Made by a program: the position numbers and the translations under genes. DNA of 64,000 nt from Bacteroidaceae bacterium (GTDB lineage Bacteria > Bacteroidota > Bacteroidia > Bacteroidales > UBA932), in assembly GCA_963661285.1 (NCBI GenBank), contig CAVLBF010000005.1, forward strand, positions 32,006-96,005, read 5' to 3'. The notes below the pieces were generated by a model, which worked only from the letters and a program-made list of their open reading frames with translations, was not told where the DNA came from and did no database searches. Positions 27,852 to 37,231 of this stretch are shown here, piece by piece (the stretch's first letter is position 1; every line of letters begins with the position of its first letter).

Positions 27852-28216
27852 TGGCGGAGGAGCGTCTCAACGACATCGAGCGTATCGCGCGGGATGCCAA
27901 GCGCTACGCCGACATCCGTACCGACCAGTTCAAGCTTCACGCGACCCGTGGACTTGCGACGGCTCTCGGGCAGGTGCTCTCGTACCTGCTGATATTCGTC
28001 GTGCTCTCGATTGTGCTGGGGCTGTTCGCGTTCCTGCAGCTGCAGTGGCTCAACCATCTTGTCGGCTCCCCTTGGGGGACGGTGATTGTGCTGGGCTTCT
28101 TCCTGCTGGTGCTGGCGATATTGATCGCGATGCGCAAGAAGCTGTTTCACAATCTCTTCGTGAAACTGTTCATAAATGTTTTCTACGGCTCTGACGACGA
28201 TGGCGAAGTACTCTGA
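27848..28216 (+). CDS. Two-TM membrane protein (YqjE / holin_3_6-like)
   Basis: Helical N-terminus then two hydrophobic segments; overlaps both neighbours. Confidence 0.55.
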   Translation: MMAEERLNDIERIARDAKRYADIRTDQFKLHATRGLATALGQVLSYLLIFVVLSIVLGLFAFLQLQWLNHLVGSPWGTVIVLGFFLLVLAILIAMRKKLFHNLFVKLFINVFYGSDDDGEVL

Positions 28217-28430
28217 CATACAAAGCGGTGAGCAGCTCAGAGCTGCCATCGACTCCCTCAGGCTCGATGCCGAGGCTCAGAGGAGAGTGCTCGAGAAGGA
28301 CTATAGACATCTGAAGTCCGCCCTGAAGCCTCTCAGCAACGTAAGCGGAATCTTCAGCAAGGGCCGGAAGGTGGTGAACTGGGCGGCTTTTGTCTTGACG
28401 GCGCTGCACGGACTCCGCCGCAGAAAATAG
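28200..28430 (+). CDS. Small hypothetical protein
   Basis: MAKYSDIQSGEQL...; coiled N-terminus, hydrophobic-basic C-terminus; operonic position. Confidence 0.55.
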   Translation: MAKYSDIQSGEQLRAAIDSLRLDAEAQRRVLEKDYRHLKSALKPLSNVSGIFSKGRKVVNWAAFVLTALHGLRRRK

Positions 28431-28431
28431 G

Positions 28432-29370
28432 CTATCTGAACTTGCCGCTCTCTTCCAGCATCCCGAGGTAGGAATTGTAGCGCTCGGCGCTGATTTCCCC
28501 CGCATCGACGGCCGCCTTGACCGCGCAGCCGGGTTCGTGAGTGTGCGTGCACGGCACGAAGCGGCATCTGTCAGCCACCCGCAGCATTTCCGGGAAATAT
28601 TTGGCTATCTCTTCCCTTTCCAGGTCGACAAGTCCGAATCCTCTGATTCCGGGAGTGTCGATGATGTAGCCTCCTGAGGCGAGGCGGTACATCTCGTAGA
28701 GGGAGGTGGTATGTCTGCCCTGAAGGTGCGAGAGCGATATCTGTCCGGTTTTCGGCTTGAGACTCGGGTCCAACGCCTTGATCAGGCTGGACTTGCCGAC
28801 TCCCGATTCGCCGGAGAAGAGGCTCAGCTTTCCCCGGCATTCCTCGCGCAGTTCATCTATGCCTTCGCCGCTCCTGGCGGAGGTGCCTATGACCCTGTAT
28901 CCTGCATCTTCGTATATTCTTTTGAATTCTTCGACCCTCTCCGGCACTTCGCTCCGGTAGAGGTCCAGCTTGTTGAGCGCGATGACCGCCCGGATGCCGT
29001 AAACTTCGCAGGTGACGAGGATTCTGTCGAGCAGCGGCAGCTTTATCTCCGGAAAATACAGGCTCACCGCCACCACCGCCTGGTCAAGGTTGGCGGCGAT
29101 GATATGCGCTCTCTTGGAGAGGTTGACTGACTTGCGTATCAGGTAGTTGGAGCGTGGCAGAATCTCGGTGATCAGGGCCGGATGCTGTTCCGTGACAGTC
29201 TCGCCCGCTTCGTAGCGCACCCGGTCGCCGACCGCTATCGGGTTGGTGGCTTCGCTGCCCTCCAGCCTGACTCTGCCGCGAAGCAGCGCCGGGAAGAGCT
29301 CCCATTCCGGCAGTTCGCTGAGGAGGTAGTGGCTGCCGCAATTCTTGACTACAGTGGCTTCCCCCGTCAT
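28432..29370 (-). CDS. rsgA: Ribosome small subunit-dependent GTPase A
   Basis: NKLD, GESGVGKSS, GRHTT, DTPG, CRFVPCTHTHEPGC zinc finger. Confidence 0.96.
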   Translation of the reverse strand: MTGEATVVKNCGSHYLLSELPEWELFPALLRGRVRLEGSEATNPIAVGDRVRYEAGETVTEQHPALITEILPRSNYLIRKSVNLSKRAHIIAANLDQAVVAVSLYFPEIKLPLLDRILVTCEVYGIRAVIALNKLDLYRSEVPERVEEFKRIYEDAGYRVIGTSARSGEGIDELREECRGKLSLFSGESGVGKSSLIKALDPSLKPKTGQISLSHLQGRHTTSLYEMYRLASGGYIIDTPGIRGFGLVDLEREEIAKYFPEMLRVADRCRFVPCTHTHEPGCAVKAAVDAGEISAERYNSYLGMLEESGKFR

Positions 29371-30347
29371 CTTGCTCTTCCCACGAGGCTTTCGGCGAAT
29401 CGGCGCAGCATTTCGGTCTTGAGCTGTCCGAAGTCTGCCTGGGCGGCAGCGTCAAGGGCGCGGGCGGTGAAGCGCACGACTTCTTCCCTGGCGTCGACGT
29501 CGACCCCGAGGTCTGTATATGTCTTCTTGATCGCGGCGATTTTACGCATTTTCTCCTCAGGGCGTTCAGCACTCTCCGAGAATGCGGCAAGGAATGCCTC
29601 CCTGTCGGGAGCCTTCTCCAGCGCCCTTACCGTGAGCCAGCTCTTCTTGCAGTTGATGATGTCTCCGCCGATAGGCTTGCCGAAGAGCTTCTCGTCACCG
29701 AACGCGTCGAGGTAGTCGTCGGCTATCTGGAATGCCATCCCGAGCTCGTAGCCGTAGTCGTAGAGGGCCTTGCACTCGCTCTCGCCGGCTCCTCCGATAA
29801 TGGCCCCCATCTGTGCCGAACAGGCGAGCAGCACGGCGGTCTTGAGCCCTATCATAGCGTTGTATTCGCTCATCGACACCTCTTCCCTGCTCTCGAAGTC
29901 CATATCATACTGCTGTCCGTCGCATACCTGGGCGGCTGTCCGGGAGAAGAGTTCCATCACCCTCCCGAGCACCTTGTGCGGGGCCTTGGAGATGCGCCTG
30001 TAGGCGTCGATGACCATAGCGTCGCCGGAGAGAATCGCCGTGTCCTCGCTCCACTTCTTCCACACGGTCGGCATCCCGCGCCTCAGCGGCGAGCGGTCCA
30101 TAATGTCGTCGTGCATCAGGGTGAACGAGTGGAAGACCTCCAGCGCGGTGGCAGGGGATAGTATGCCCTCGTCAAACGAGTCGGCGAAGAACGAATATGC
30201 GGTGAGGCAAAGCCTGGGCCGCACCCGCTTGCCGCCTATCTCTATCATATATATGAGCGGGTCGTAGAGGCCCGCCGGCTCCGCGGTGAAACTGATGCCC
30301 CCGAACATCTCCGTGAGCGTCGCGTTAATCTGGTTCTCTGTGATCAT
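29367..30347 (-). CDS. Polyprenyl synthetase (IspA/IspB family)
   Basis: GGKRVRP, HDDIMD..RRG, KTA, FQIADDYLD. Confidence 0.93.
   Translation of the reverse strand: MITENQINATLTEMFGGISFTAEPAGLYDPLIYMIEIGGKRVRPRLCLTAYSFFADSFDEGILSPATALEVFHSFTLMHDDIMDRSPLRRGMPTVWKKWSEDTAILSGDAMVIDAYRRISKAPHKVLGRVMELFSRTAAQVCDGQQYDMDFESREEVSMSEYNAMIGLKTAVLLACSAQMGAIIGGAGESECKALYDYGYELGMAFQIADDYLDAFGDEKLFGKPIGGDIINCKKSWLTVRALEKAPDREAFLAAFSESAERPEEKMRKIAAIKKTYTDLGVDVDAREEVVRFTARALDAAAQADFGQLKTEMLRRFAESLVGRAR
30276..30347. repeat. 72-bp direct repeat, copy 1 (5' end of the polyprenyl synthetase gene)
   Basis: 70 of 72 nt identical to 35497-35568. Confidence 0.95.
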
Positions 30348-30535
30348 CTATGCGTGTTTTGGGTCTGCTTTCTCTTCTTTGCCGTCTGTGCGGTGTTGTT
30401 TTACTGATGGACAATGATATGAAAATTAAATGACATCTGCGAAAAATTCTTCACAAATCTGCACCGACTTATTTTTAAACGCGTTTCTTATTGCTAAATT
30501 CGCAAGGATATACTCTTAATAATAACTGACACATA

Positions 30536-33130
30536 ATGAAAAGACACCTGCTATCGGTCGCCGCGGCATCCGCCCTCCTGGCCCTGTCCGCCTGCACTGC
30601 GGACGAAAAGACAAATATCGGGACGCGCACGGACGCGCTTGACGATGCGTTGTGGACTAAATCCGAATGGATTTCCGCCGCCGATGCTCCGGTAGCGGAA
30701 CAGATTGTCACCAACGGAGCCACTGAACGGGCCGCCGACGGGTCCAGCTGGTTTGTCAGCGAAGTGACCAACCCTAAAAAGGTCTCTTCGGCAGTCTGGA
30801 TGACGAGCGGACTCGGAATATACCGCATCTTCCTCAACGGTGTCGAGGTGGGGGAGGAAATCCTCAAACCGGGATTTACCCATTATGCAAAGACCAGGCT
30901 CTCTTTTACCTACGATGTGACCGATGCGTTCCTTAAGGGAGCGGGAGAAGTCAATCAGCTCTCTGCACAGCTCACTCCGGGCTGGTGGGCGGACAAGATT
31001 GTCACCCCGAAGAACCACAGGGGGATGGTCGGGCGCAAGACGGCTTTCAGGGGAGTGTTGAAACTTATATATTCGGACGGTTCCGCCGAAGTGTTCGGAA
31101 CTGACTGCCGCGACTGGAAGGCGGGCGTGGCGGGGCCTGTCACCCACGCCGCGATATTCGACGGAGAAGAATACGATGCCCGTATCCCGCAGGGCTTCCT
31201 TACTCCGGAAAAACTCTCTGTCCCGGAACCCAACACTGAGTTCAAAGGCTTGATTGTCCCGTCCGACGGCGCGGAAATCCATCTTCGTCGCGACATCTCC
31301 CTCTCCGTGCAGCAGGCATATGTCTGGAAAGACATCACGGATGCTGGAGAAGGAGAATACGGCAAGGTGGCCGTGTCCCGGACATACGCTCCCGGCGAGG
31401 AGATGAGCATACTTCCGGGAGAGAATCTGATCCTTGACTTCGGGCAGAACTGCGCCGGCGTGCCTGAATTCGAGTTTTCCGCCCCGGAGGGGACGGTACT
31501 CACTTTCCTCCCGGCGGAGCTTCTCAATGACGGCAATGGCGCTCTCGGCAGAGGTATGGACGGCCCGGAAGGAAGCGTCCACCGCACCAATCTCCGCACA
31601 CCGGATACCGGGATGAGGCTGGTCTATACCTTCGGCCCCCAAAAGGGATATGTGACTTATCATCCGTCTTGCACCTTTTTCGGATACCGCTATGCTTCAG
31701 TGAGCGCGAGTGCCCAGGTCAAGATACGCTCGGTCAGGACGCTGCCCGTAAGCTCGATCACCAAAGAAATGGAAACCGGCAGCATCACTACCGGTAACGA
31801 ATCAATCAACAAGCTAATTTCCAATACTCTCTGGGGAGAGAGGTCCAATTATCTTTCCGTCCCTACCGACTGTCCGCAGCGCAACGAACGGCTCGGATGG
31901 ACGGCTGACACTCAGGTGTTCGCCGAGACAGGGGCGTTTTTTGCCGACACGGACGACTTCTTCCACAAGTGGACTCGCGACCTGCGCGACACCCAGTCTC
32001 CGACCGGAGCATATCCGGGAGTGGCCCCGCTGGCCCAGTACGGAGCAAGCAGCCGCGAGATGATGAGGCTCGGATGGGCTGATGCCGGAGTCATCGTGCC
32101 GTGGGTCATATGGAGGCAGTTCGCCGACAGGAGCATCATAGAAGAGAACTGGGATGCGATGGACAAGTATATGCGGCACGTAAACGACAGTCGCTACGAC
32201 CACCGCGCCCTCAGCGGGGAGAACGGCAACTACCAGTGGGGCGACTGGCTCAGCTATGAGCCGCTCGAGAGCCGCGGACAGGGGATTTACGAGGACGGCA
32301 AGAGCAAATTGAGAAAGGAAGCCGTTGAATACTGGAATTATCTTGGAGCCTGCTATTGGGCGATGGACGCGCAGATGATGGCGGATATGGCGAGAGCCGT
32401 TTCCCGTCCAGCCGAAGAATACGAGACGATGGCAGGGAACGCCCGCGCATATCTCAAGGAGCAGTTCCTTGACAGCGAGGGTAATTTCAAGACGGCCATT
32501 CTCAACACTATGCAGACCCCGGCCCTCTTTGCCCTGAAGAATTCGCTCGTGGAAGGCAAGGCCCGGGAGAATATGGTTTCGCGTCTGCGCAAGAATTTCG
32601 CGGACCACGGCAACTGCTTGCAGACAGGCTTCCTCGGCACTTCAATACTGATGTCGACCCTGTCCGACAACGGGATGACGGACGTTGCCTATGAACTGCT
32701 CTTCCAAAGGAAGAACCCGAGCTGGCTATATTCCGTGGACAACGGCGCGACCACCATCTGGGAACGCTGGAACAGCTATACCATAAGTGACGGGATGGGG
32801 CCGAAGGAGATGAACAGCTTCAATCACTACGCCTACGGCTGCGTGTGCGAGTGGCTCTGGAACACGGCGGCCGGCATCGAGGCCGATACGGCGTCCCCGG
32901 GATTCAGGCATATCATTATGAAGCCGGTTCCTGACCGCCGGCTCGGATATCTCAAGGCGGAGTACAAATCCGCGTCCGGCCCCATCAGGAGCGAGTGGAA
33001 ATATGACGGCGATGTCTGGGAATGGAAATTCAGCATCCCGCAGGGGAGCAGCGCGACGGTCTCGCTGCCTGACGGCAGCGCTCCGGCCGAATATGGGGCC
33101 GGTGACCATATCGTAAGGATAACACTCTGA
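30536..33130 (+). CDS. Alpha-L-rhamnosidase (GH78), lipoprotein
   Basis: Lipobox LSAC; LDFGQN, PTDCPQRNERLGWTAD, GATTIWERW, MNSFNHYAYG. Confidence 0.92.
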   Translation: MKRHLLSVAAASALLALSACTADEKTNIGTRTDALDDALWTKSEWISAADAPVAEQIVTNGATERAADGSSWFVSEVTNPKKVSSAVWMTSGLGIYRIFLNGVEVGEEILKPGFTHYAKTRLSFTYDVTDAFLKGAGEVNQLSAQLTPGWWADKIVTPKNHRGMVGRKTAFRGVLKLIYSDGSAEVFGTDCRDWKAGVAGPVTHAAIFDGEEYDARIPQGFLTPEKLSVPEPNTEFKGLIVPSDGAEIHLRRDISLSVQQAYVWKDITDAGEGEYGKVAVSRTYAPGEEMSILPGENLILDFGQNCAGVPEFEFSAPEGTVLTFLPAELLNDGNGALGRGMDGPEGSVHRTNLRTPDTGMRLVYTFGPQKGYVTYHPSCTFFGYRYASVSASAQVKIRSVRTLPVSSITKEMETGSITTGNESINKLISNTLWGERSNYLSVPTDCPQRNERLGWTADTQVFAETGAFFADTDDFFHKWTRDLRDTQSPTGAYPGVAPLAQYGASSREMMRLGWADAGVIVPWVIWRQFADRSIIEENWDAMDKYMRHVNDSRYDHRALSGENGNYQWGDWLSYEPLESRGQGIYEDGKSKLRKEAVEYWNYLGACYWAMDAQMMADMARAVSRPAEEYETMAGNARAYLKEQFLDSEGNFKTAILNTMQTPALFALKNSLVEGKARENMVSRLRKNFADHGNCLQTGFLGTSILMSTLSDNGMTDVAYELLFQRKNPSWLYSVDNGATTIWERWNSYTISDGMGPKEMNSFNHYAYGCVCEWLWNTAAGIEADTASPGFRHIIMKPVPDRRLGYLKAEYKSASGPIRSEWKYDGDVWEWKFSIPQGSSATVSLPDGSAPAEYGAGDHIVRITL

Positions 33131-33143
33131 AAGTTTTAGGAAA

Positions 33144-35492
33144 ATGCGTAAAATAGCTGTATTGGCGGCGGTGATGCTTGCTTTGGTATGGACGGCAGGC
33201 GCACAGCATACCCCGGGGAAGGAGTATGTATTTGATGACGGATGGTCGTTCCGCCTATGTTCTTCAAGAGCGGAGGCGGACTCCCTTGTCAAATCATCCG
33301 GAAAGAAAGGATTCCGTCCCGTGCGCATCCCGCACGACTGGAGCGTCGAGCTTCCCTTCGATAAGGAACTGGGCAAGGCGGCGGGGTATCTGCCCGGCGG
33401 GCTCGGCTTGTATGTCAAGGAGTTCAAGCTCCCGTCATATGTCGCGGACGCAGAGAGGATAAGCATAGTCTTCGATGGAGTGTACCACAATGCCACGGTC
33501 TATCTCAACGGACGTGAACTTGGCAGGCACATCTACGGGTACACGGATTTCACTTTTGACATCTCCCGACATCTTAAGAGAAACGGGACTAACCGCATAG
33601 CAGTCTTTGTCGATATGGAGCAGCAGTCCCGCTGGTACACGGGGGCGGGCATATATCGTCACGTATATCTCAAGACATCCGGACGCGCACACTTCAGGTA
33701 CAACGGCATCTGGGTCAAACCCGAAGTGGACGGTAATGTTCAAATCAGTGCCGAAGTCGATGGCGGCAGACGCTACAGTGTGAAACATACGGTATCCGGT
33801 CCGGACGGGAAGCAAATCGTCCAAACCGGCGGGACATCCCTGAAAGTAGAGTCTCCGCTGCTCTGGAGTCCCGATTCCCCGGTCCTATATACTCTCAAAT
33901 CCGCACTTTATGACGATTCCGGCAAGCTTTCCGATGAGGTAGTGACGCGCTTCGGTTTCCGTGAGGCCCGTTTTGAGGCGGACAGCGGCTTTTTCCTCAA
34001 CGGTGTCAATATGAAACTCAAGGGTGTCTGTCTGCATCAGGATGCGGGCAGCCTGGGAGTGGCCGTACCGGATGAAGTCTGGCTGAGACGGCTGAAGGCC
34101 CTCAAGGCAATAGGCTGCAATGCCATACGTTCTTCGCATAATCCTCCTTCTCCGGTTTTTCTGGACTATTGCGACTCTCTGGGCTTTCTCGTGATAGATG
34201 AAGCCTTCGACAAGTGGAAGTCGGGTTATTACGAAAGTTCGTTCGAAAGCAGCGCCCGACAGGATATCAGTGATATGGTTCTCCGTGACCGCAATCATCC
34301 TTCGATTATCATCTGGAGTATAGGCAATGAGGTCACCGAGGCGTTGAGAACCGATGACGAAGGAGTTGAGCGTGCCCGCAAACTTCACAAAATCGTGAAG
34401 TCCCTGGATCCCACACGGCCGACAATGGTGGCCTGCCAGAGCGGATTCGCCGACAAGTTCGGAGATGTCACGGACATAGTCGGCTACAACTATTTGGAGC
34501 CGCGTATGATCAAAGACCATATCCGTCATCCGGAGAGAAAGATGCTCGTTTCCGAAGCATTCCCGTATTATTCCGGTTTGAGGGAGGACAATATCAGGGA
34601 TTTCGTGGAACTGAACCCGTGGAATTTTGTGGAGGACAATCCGTTCATCGCGGGTTCTTTTGTCTGGGCCGGCATTGACTATCTCGGAGAGTCCGCTCCG
34701 TGGCCGGCGAAGGGCTGGTGTGCATCGCCCTTTGATATCACGCTGAAAGAGAGGCCGCAGGCTGCCTACTATCATCCGGCGTGGTCACCGGAGAAAGATT
34801 ATCTCAAGCTTCTTGTCCGGGACAATTGCTTTGACCAGCCGGCGGGCAAGGATCATTGGCAGTATCCGCCGATGGCCGACACCTGGGATCTCCCTTATGA
34901 GGATTCCCGCTGTGTGGAGGTTCGCTGTTATACGACCTGCGACTCGGTGAAGTTCTTCTTCCCGATGTGGAGCAATCCTCAGCTGCCGCTCCGGACCCGT
35001 GTCACCGCAGACTATGCGGATTATTGCATCAAGCTTCAGATTCCGTCCACTCGCGGCAAGGTTCTGGCTGTCGGATACAAGGACGGCGAAGAAGTGCTGC
35101 GCGATTCTCTTGTCAATCACGGTCCTGTGGCGGATGTGAGACTTGATGCTGATTTTGAGTCCCTTGAGCCGCTCCCGGAGGATTTCAGCCCTCGTGCCGC
35201 CTCTTCGACCGTGTCGCATATACGGCTGAGTCTCGTGGACAGCCTGGGCCGTCTTCAGCAGATGGAGCCAAGACATTTCCGTGTCGAGACCGATGGGCCG
35301 CTGCGACTCCTTGGAGTGGAGACTGGGGATATGCGCCGGGAGGGTTCGTGGCGCACCGTGGAGTTGGATACATATTTCGGAGAAGGCCTTATACGTGTGC
35401 AGTCAACATCCGAACCGGGTCTTGCCAAAGTGGTCGTGTATGTGGAGGGCTTCGCGAAGCCGTTCGCTAAGGAAATCAGGGTGACTCACTGA
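33144..35492 (+). CDS. Glycoside hydrolase family 2 (beta-galactosidase-like)
   Basis: Signal peptide; IPHDWS, RWYTGAGIYR, GCNAIRSSHNP, RDRNHPSIIIWSIGNE. Confidence 0.9.
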   Translation: MRKIAVLAAVMLALVWTAGAQHTPGKEYVFDDGWSFRLCSSRAEADSLVKSSGKKGFRPVRIPHDWSVELPFDKELGKAAGYLPGGLGLYVKEFKLPSYVADAERISIVFDGVYHNATVYLNGRELGRHIYGYTDFTFDISRHLKRNGTNRIAVFVDMEQQSRWYTGAGIYRHVYLKTSGRAHFRYNGIWVKPEVDGNVQISAEVDGGRRYSVKHTVSGPDGKQIVQTGGTSLKVESPLLWSPDSPVLYTLKSALYDDSGKLSDEVVTRFGFREARFEADSGFFLNGVNMKLKGVCLHQDAGSLGVAVPDEVWLRRLKALKAIGCNAIRSSHNPPSPVFLDYCDSLGFLVIDEAFDKWKSGYYESSFESSARQDISDMVLRDRNHPSIIIWSIGNEVTEALRTDDEGVERARKLHKIVKSLDPTRPTMVACQSGFADKFGDVTDIVGYNYLEPRMIKDHIRHPERKMLVSEAFPYYSGLREDNIRDFVELNPWNFVEDNPFIAGSFVWAGIDYLGESAPWPAKGWCASPFDITLKERPQAAYYHPAWSPEKDYLKLLVRDNCFDQPAGKDHWQYPPMADTWDLPYEDSRCVEVRCYTTCDSVKFFFPMWSNPQLPLRTRVTADYADYCIKLQIPSTRGKVLAVGYKDGEEVLRDSLVNHGPVADVRLDADFESLEPLPEDFSPRAASSTVSHIRLSLVDSLGRLQQMEPRHFRVETDGPLRLLGVETGDMRREGSWRTVELDTYFGEGLIRVQSTSEPGLAKVVVYVEGFAKPFAKEIRVTH

Positions 35493-35496
35493 TTAA

Positions 35497-35568
35497 CGGC
35501 TCGGCGGTGAAACTGATGCCCCCGAACATCTCCGTGAGCGTCGCGTCAATCTGGTTCTCTGTGATCAT
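35497..35568. repeat. 72-bp direct repeat, copy 2 (truncated 5' fragment of the polyprenyl synthetase gene)
   Basis: Minus strand encodes MITENQIDATLTEMFGGISFTAEP then diverges; its ATG overlaps the methyltransferase TGA. Confidence 0.95.
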
Positions 35569-36318
35569 ATCGTGGTGTAGTCGAACAATCTTTGGTTGAC
35601 GGCGGGTTTCCTGTGGGTGCTTTCACGGTGTCCGGACTCCCCAGAATACCTCAGAATGGCATCCGCAACATAGTAGCCGAGGTTTACCGGCACGGCGTTG
35701 CCTATCATCTGCTCGATGTCGGTCTTGGTGCCCTCGAAATCAAAGTCTTCGGGGAAAGTCTGAATCATACTTCGCTCCAGCGAAGTCAGTGGGCGTATCC
35801 CCGCAAGTGAGCTGACCGGGTCTCCGGGATGCAGAGTATAACCTTTGGGCATCGGCCTGTTGACACCCCGGATTGTGGCGCTCGGCTCGTCAGTGCTGAA
35901 TATTCCACGGCGCACATAGCTGCGTGGATGTCTGTAATAATACTTTATCGGCAATCTGTCGCCGAAGTACTCCACCACGCTCATCTCGTGGTCTGACAGG
36001 TTTTCCAGAAGGGTATCCTTTATGAAATCATCTTTCGCCCCGAGCCTGCCGACCATCATGAAACGCTTTCTCCTTTGCGGTACGCCGCACAATGCGGCAT
36101 TGAGGACGGTATATGTTATACCGTAGCCCGCAGCCCTGAACAACTTGAGCGCATCCTGGAGCTTCTGCGTCTGCACATATCGCCGGATGGGAAAAGTTGT
36201 TCCTGTAAACGGAAAGCGCATCCTGCCAATTGTCAAATGCGGCGACAATTGTCATCCCGGCTTTTTCGAAGCCGAGGCTCAAACCGCCGCAACCGCAAAA
36301 TAAATCAACGACTTTCAT
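35565..36318 (-). pseudogene. C5-cytosine DNA methyltransferase with internal deletion and frameshift (M.HindV/HgiDI-like)
   Basis: Motif I DLFCGCGG in one frame; GVPQRRKR, YYRHPRSY..PSATIRGVNRP, QTFP and QMIGNAVP in another; catalytic PC and ENV motifs absent; junction near 36169-36174. Confidence 0.9.
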
Positions 36319-36421
36319 CTATATGAACAATTCAGGGTGACTTACAAGATATGCAATATTATGAAAAATGCTGACATCTGCGAATAATGCTACGCTTATT
36401 TCCGCCCCGGGAGTTGCGGTG

Positions 36422-36841
36422 TCACGCAAAAATGCGGTCCAGAAAGTCGTCCGGGGCGATTGCGGGAATCTCGGAAAGCTTGAAGTCAACGGTGTTTCTC
36501 GTGACTATGATGTCGCACCGGCCTTCCTTGGCGGACTGGACCTGCAACGCGTCCTCAATGTCGCGCAGCGGGCTCGCCAGCATAAATTCTATATGCTCCG
36601 GCAGGGACGGGAGCGGCTGTACGATGTCCAAAAGCTCCCTGATTACGGCTTTCTTGGCAGAGCTCGTCATATCTTTAAGGACATAGGCCACGGTCGGAAT
36701 GGAGAGCGTCGACATACGCAGCTCCAGTACACCGCTTTCGCCGAGGCTGAGAATCGTGGCGGCATTTTCGCCGAACTTCGGATTGTCCCGCGCCACAAGA
36801 GTGTCCAGGATGATGTTGGTATCAAGGAAGACTCTCATCAT
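36422..36841 (-). CDS. PIN-domain (VapC-like) toxin
   Basis: VFLDTNIILD, DIEDALQ, IVTRN..DF. Confidence 0.9.
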   Translation of the reverse strand: MMRVFLDTNIILDTLVARDNPKFGENAATILSLGESGVLELRMSTLSIPTVAYVLKDMTSSAKKAVIRELLDIVQPLPSLPEHIEFMLASPLRDIEDALQVQSAKEGRCDIIVTRNTVDFKLSEIPAIAPDDFLDRIFA

Positions 36842-37119
36842 CTTGACAGGATATATGCGAGCCTTTCATCCTCTTCCAGCTGCCTGTCAGTGAACCTGAC
36901 TACTCCGGTGAGTTTTTTGACCCGCTGCGAGACGACGGGCCTGGCGAGCTTCGGAAATTCCAGAGAGTCAAGCGACCTCTGCTTATGGACAATGCGGAAT
37001 CCGTCGTTCGTTTCGATGATGTCGAACTCCGTCTTGCTGTCGTAATTCTTCGCCCTGAGGATTTTAGCCGGGATGATCAGGGCCTTGCTGTTCCCGATTT
37101 GAACCAAAGTGTGCGCCAT
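36838..37119 (-). CDS. AbrB/MazE-type antitoxin
   Basis: LVQIGNSKALIIPAKIL; ATGA overlap with the PIN gene; TATCTTTG at 37147-37140. Confidence 0.85.
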   Translation of the reverse strand: MAHTLVQIGNSKALIIPAKILRAKNYDSKTEFDIIETNDGFRIVHKQRSLDSLEFPKLARPVVSQRVKKLTGVVRFTDRQLEEDERLAYILSR

Positions 37120-37231
37120 ATTGCCGGTAGTCGTTTTTGCAAAGATAGATAAATTATAACAAAATGCAAAAACATTATAACATTAATTATTCGTATCTTC
37201 GCGGGCGCACATTTGACAAGAAGCATCAGGC

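Noticed and set aside
27848..28216. Holin-like gene as evidence of a prophage
   Set aside because: No phage structural, lysis or replication genes; this family is commonly chromosomal.
35565..36318. Methyltransferase as the cause of CATG depletion, or as a programmed frameshift
   Set aside because: It resembles GRCGYC-type enzymes, GRCGYC sites are plentiful, and the catalytic motifs are physically missing, so frameshifting could not restore activity.
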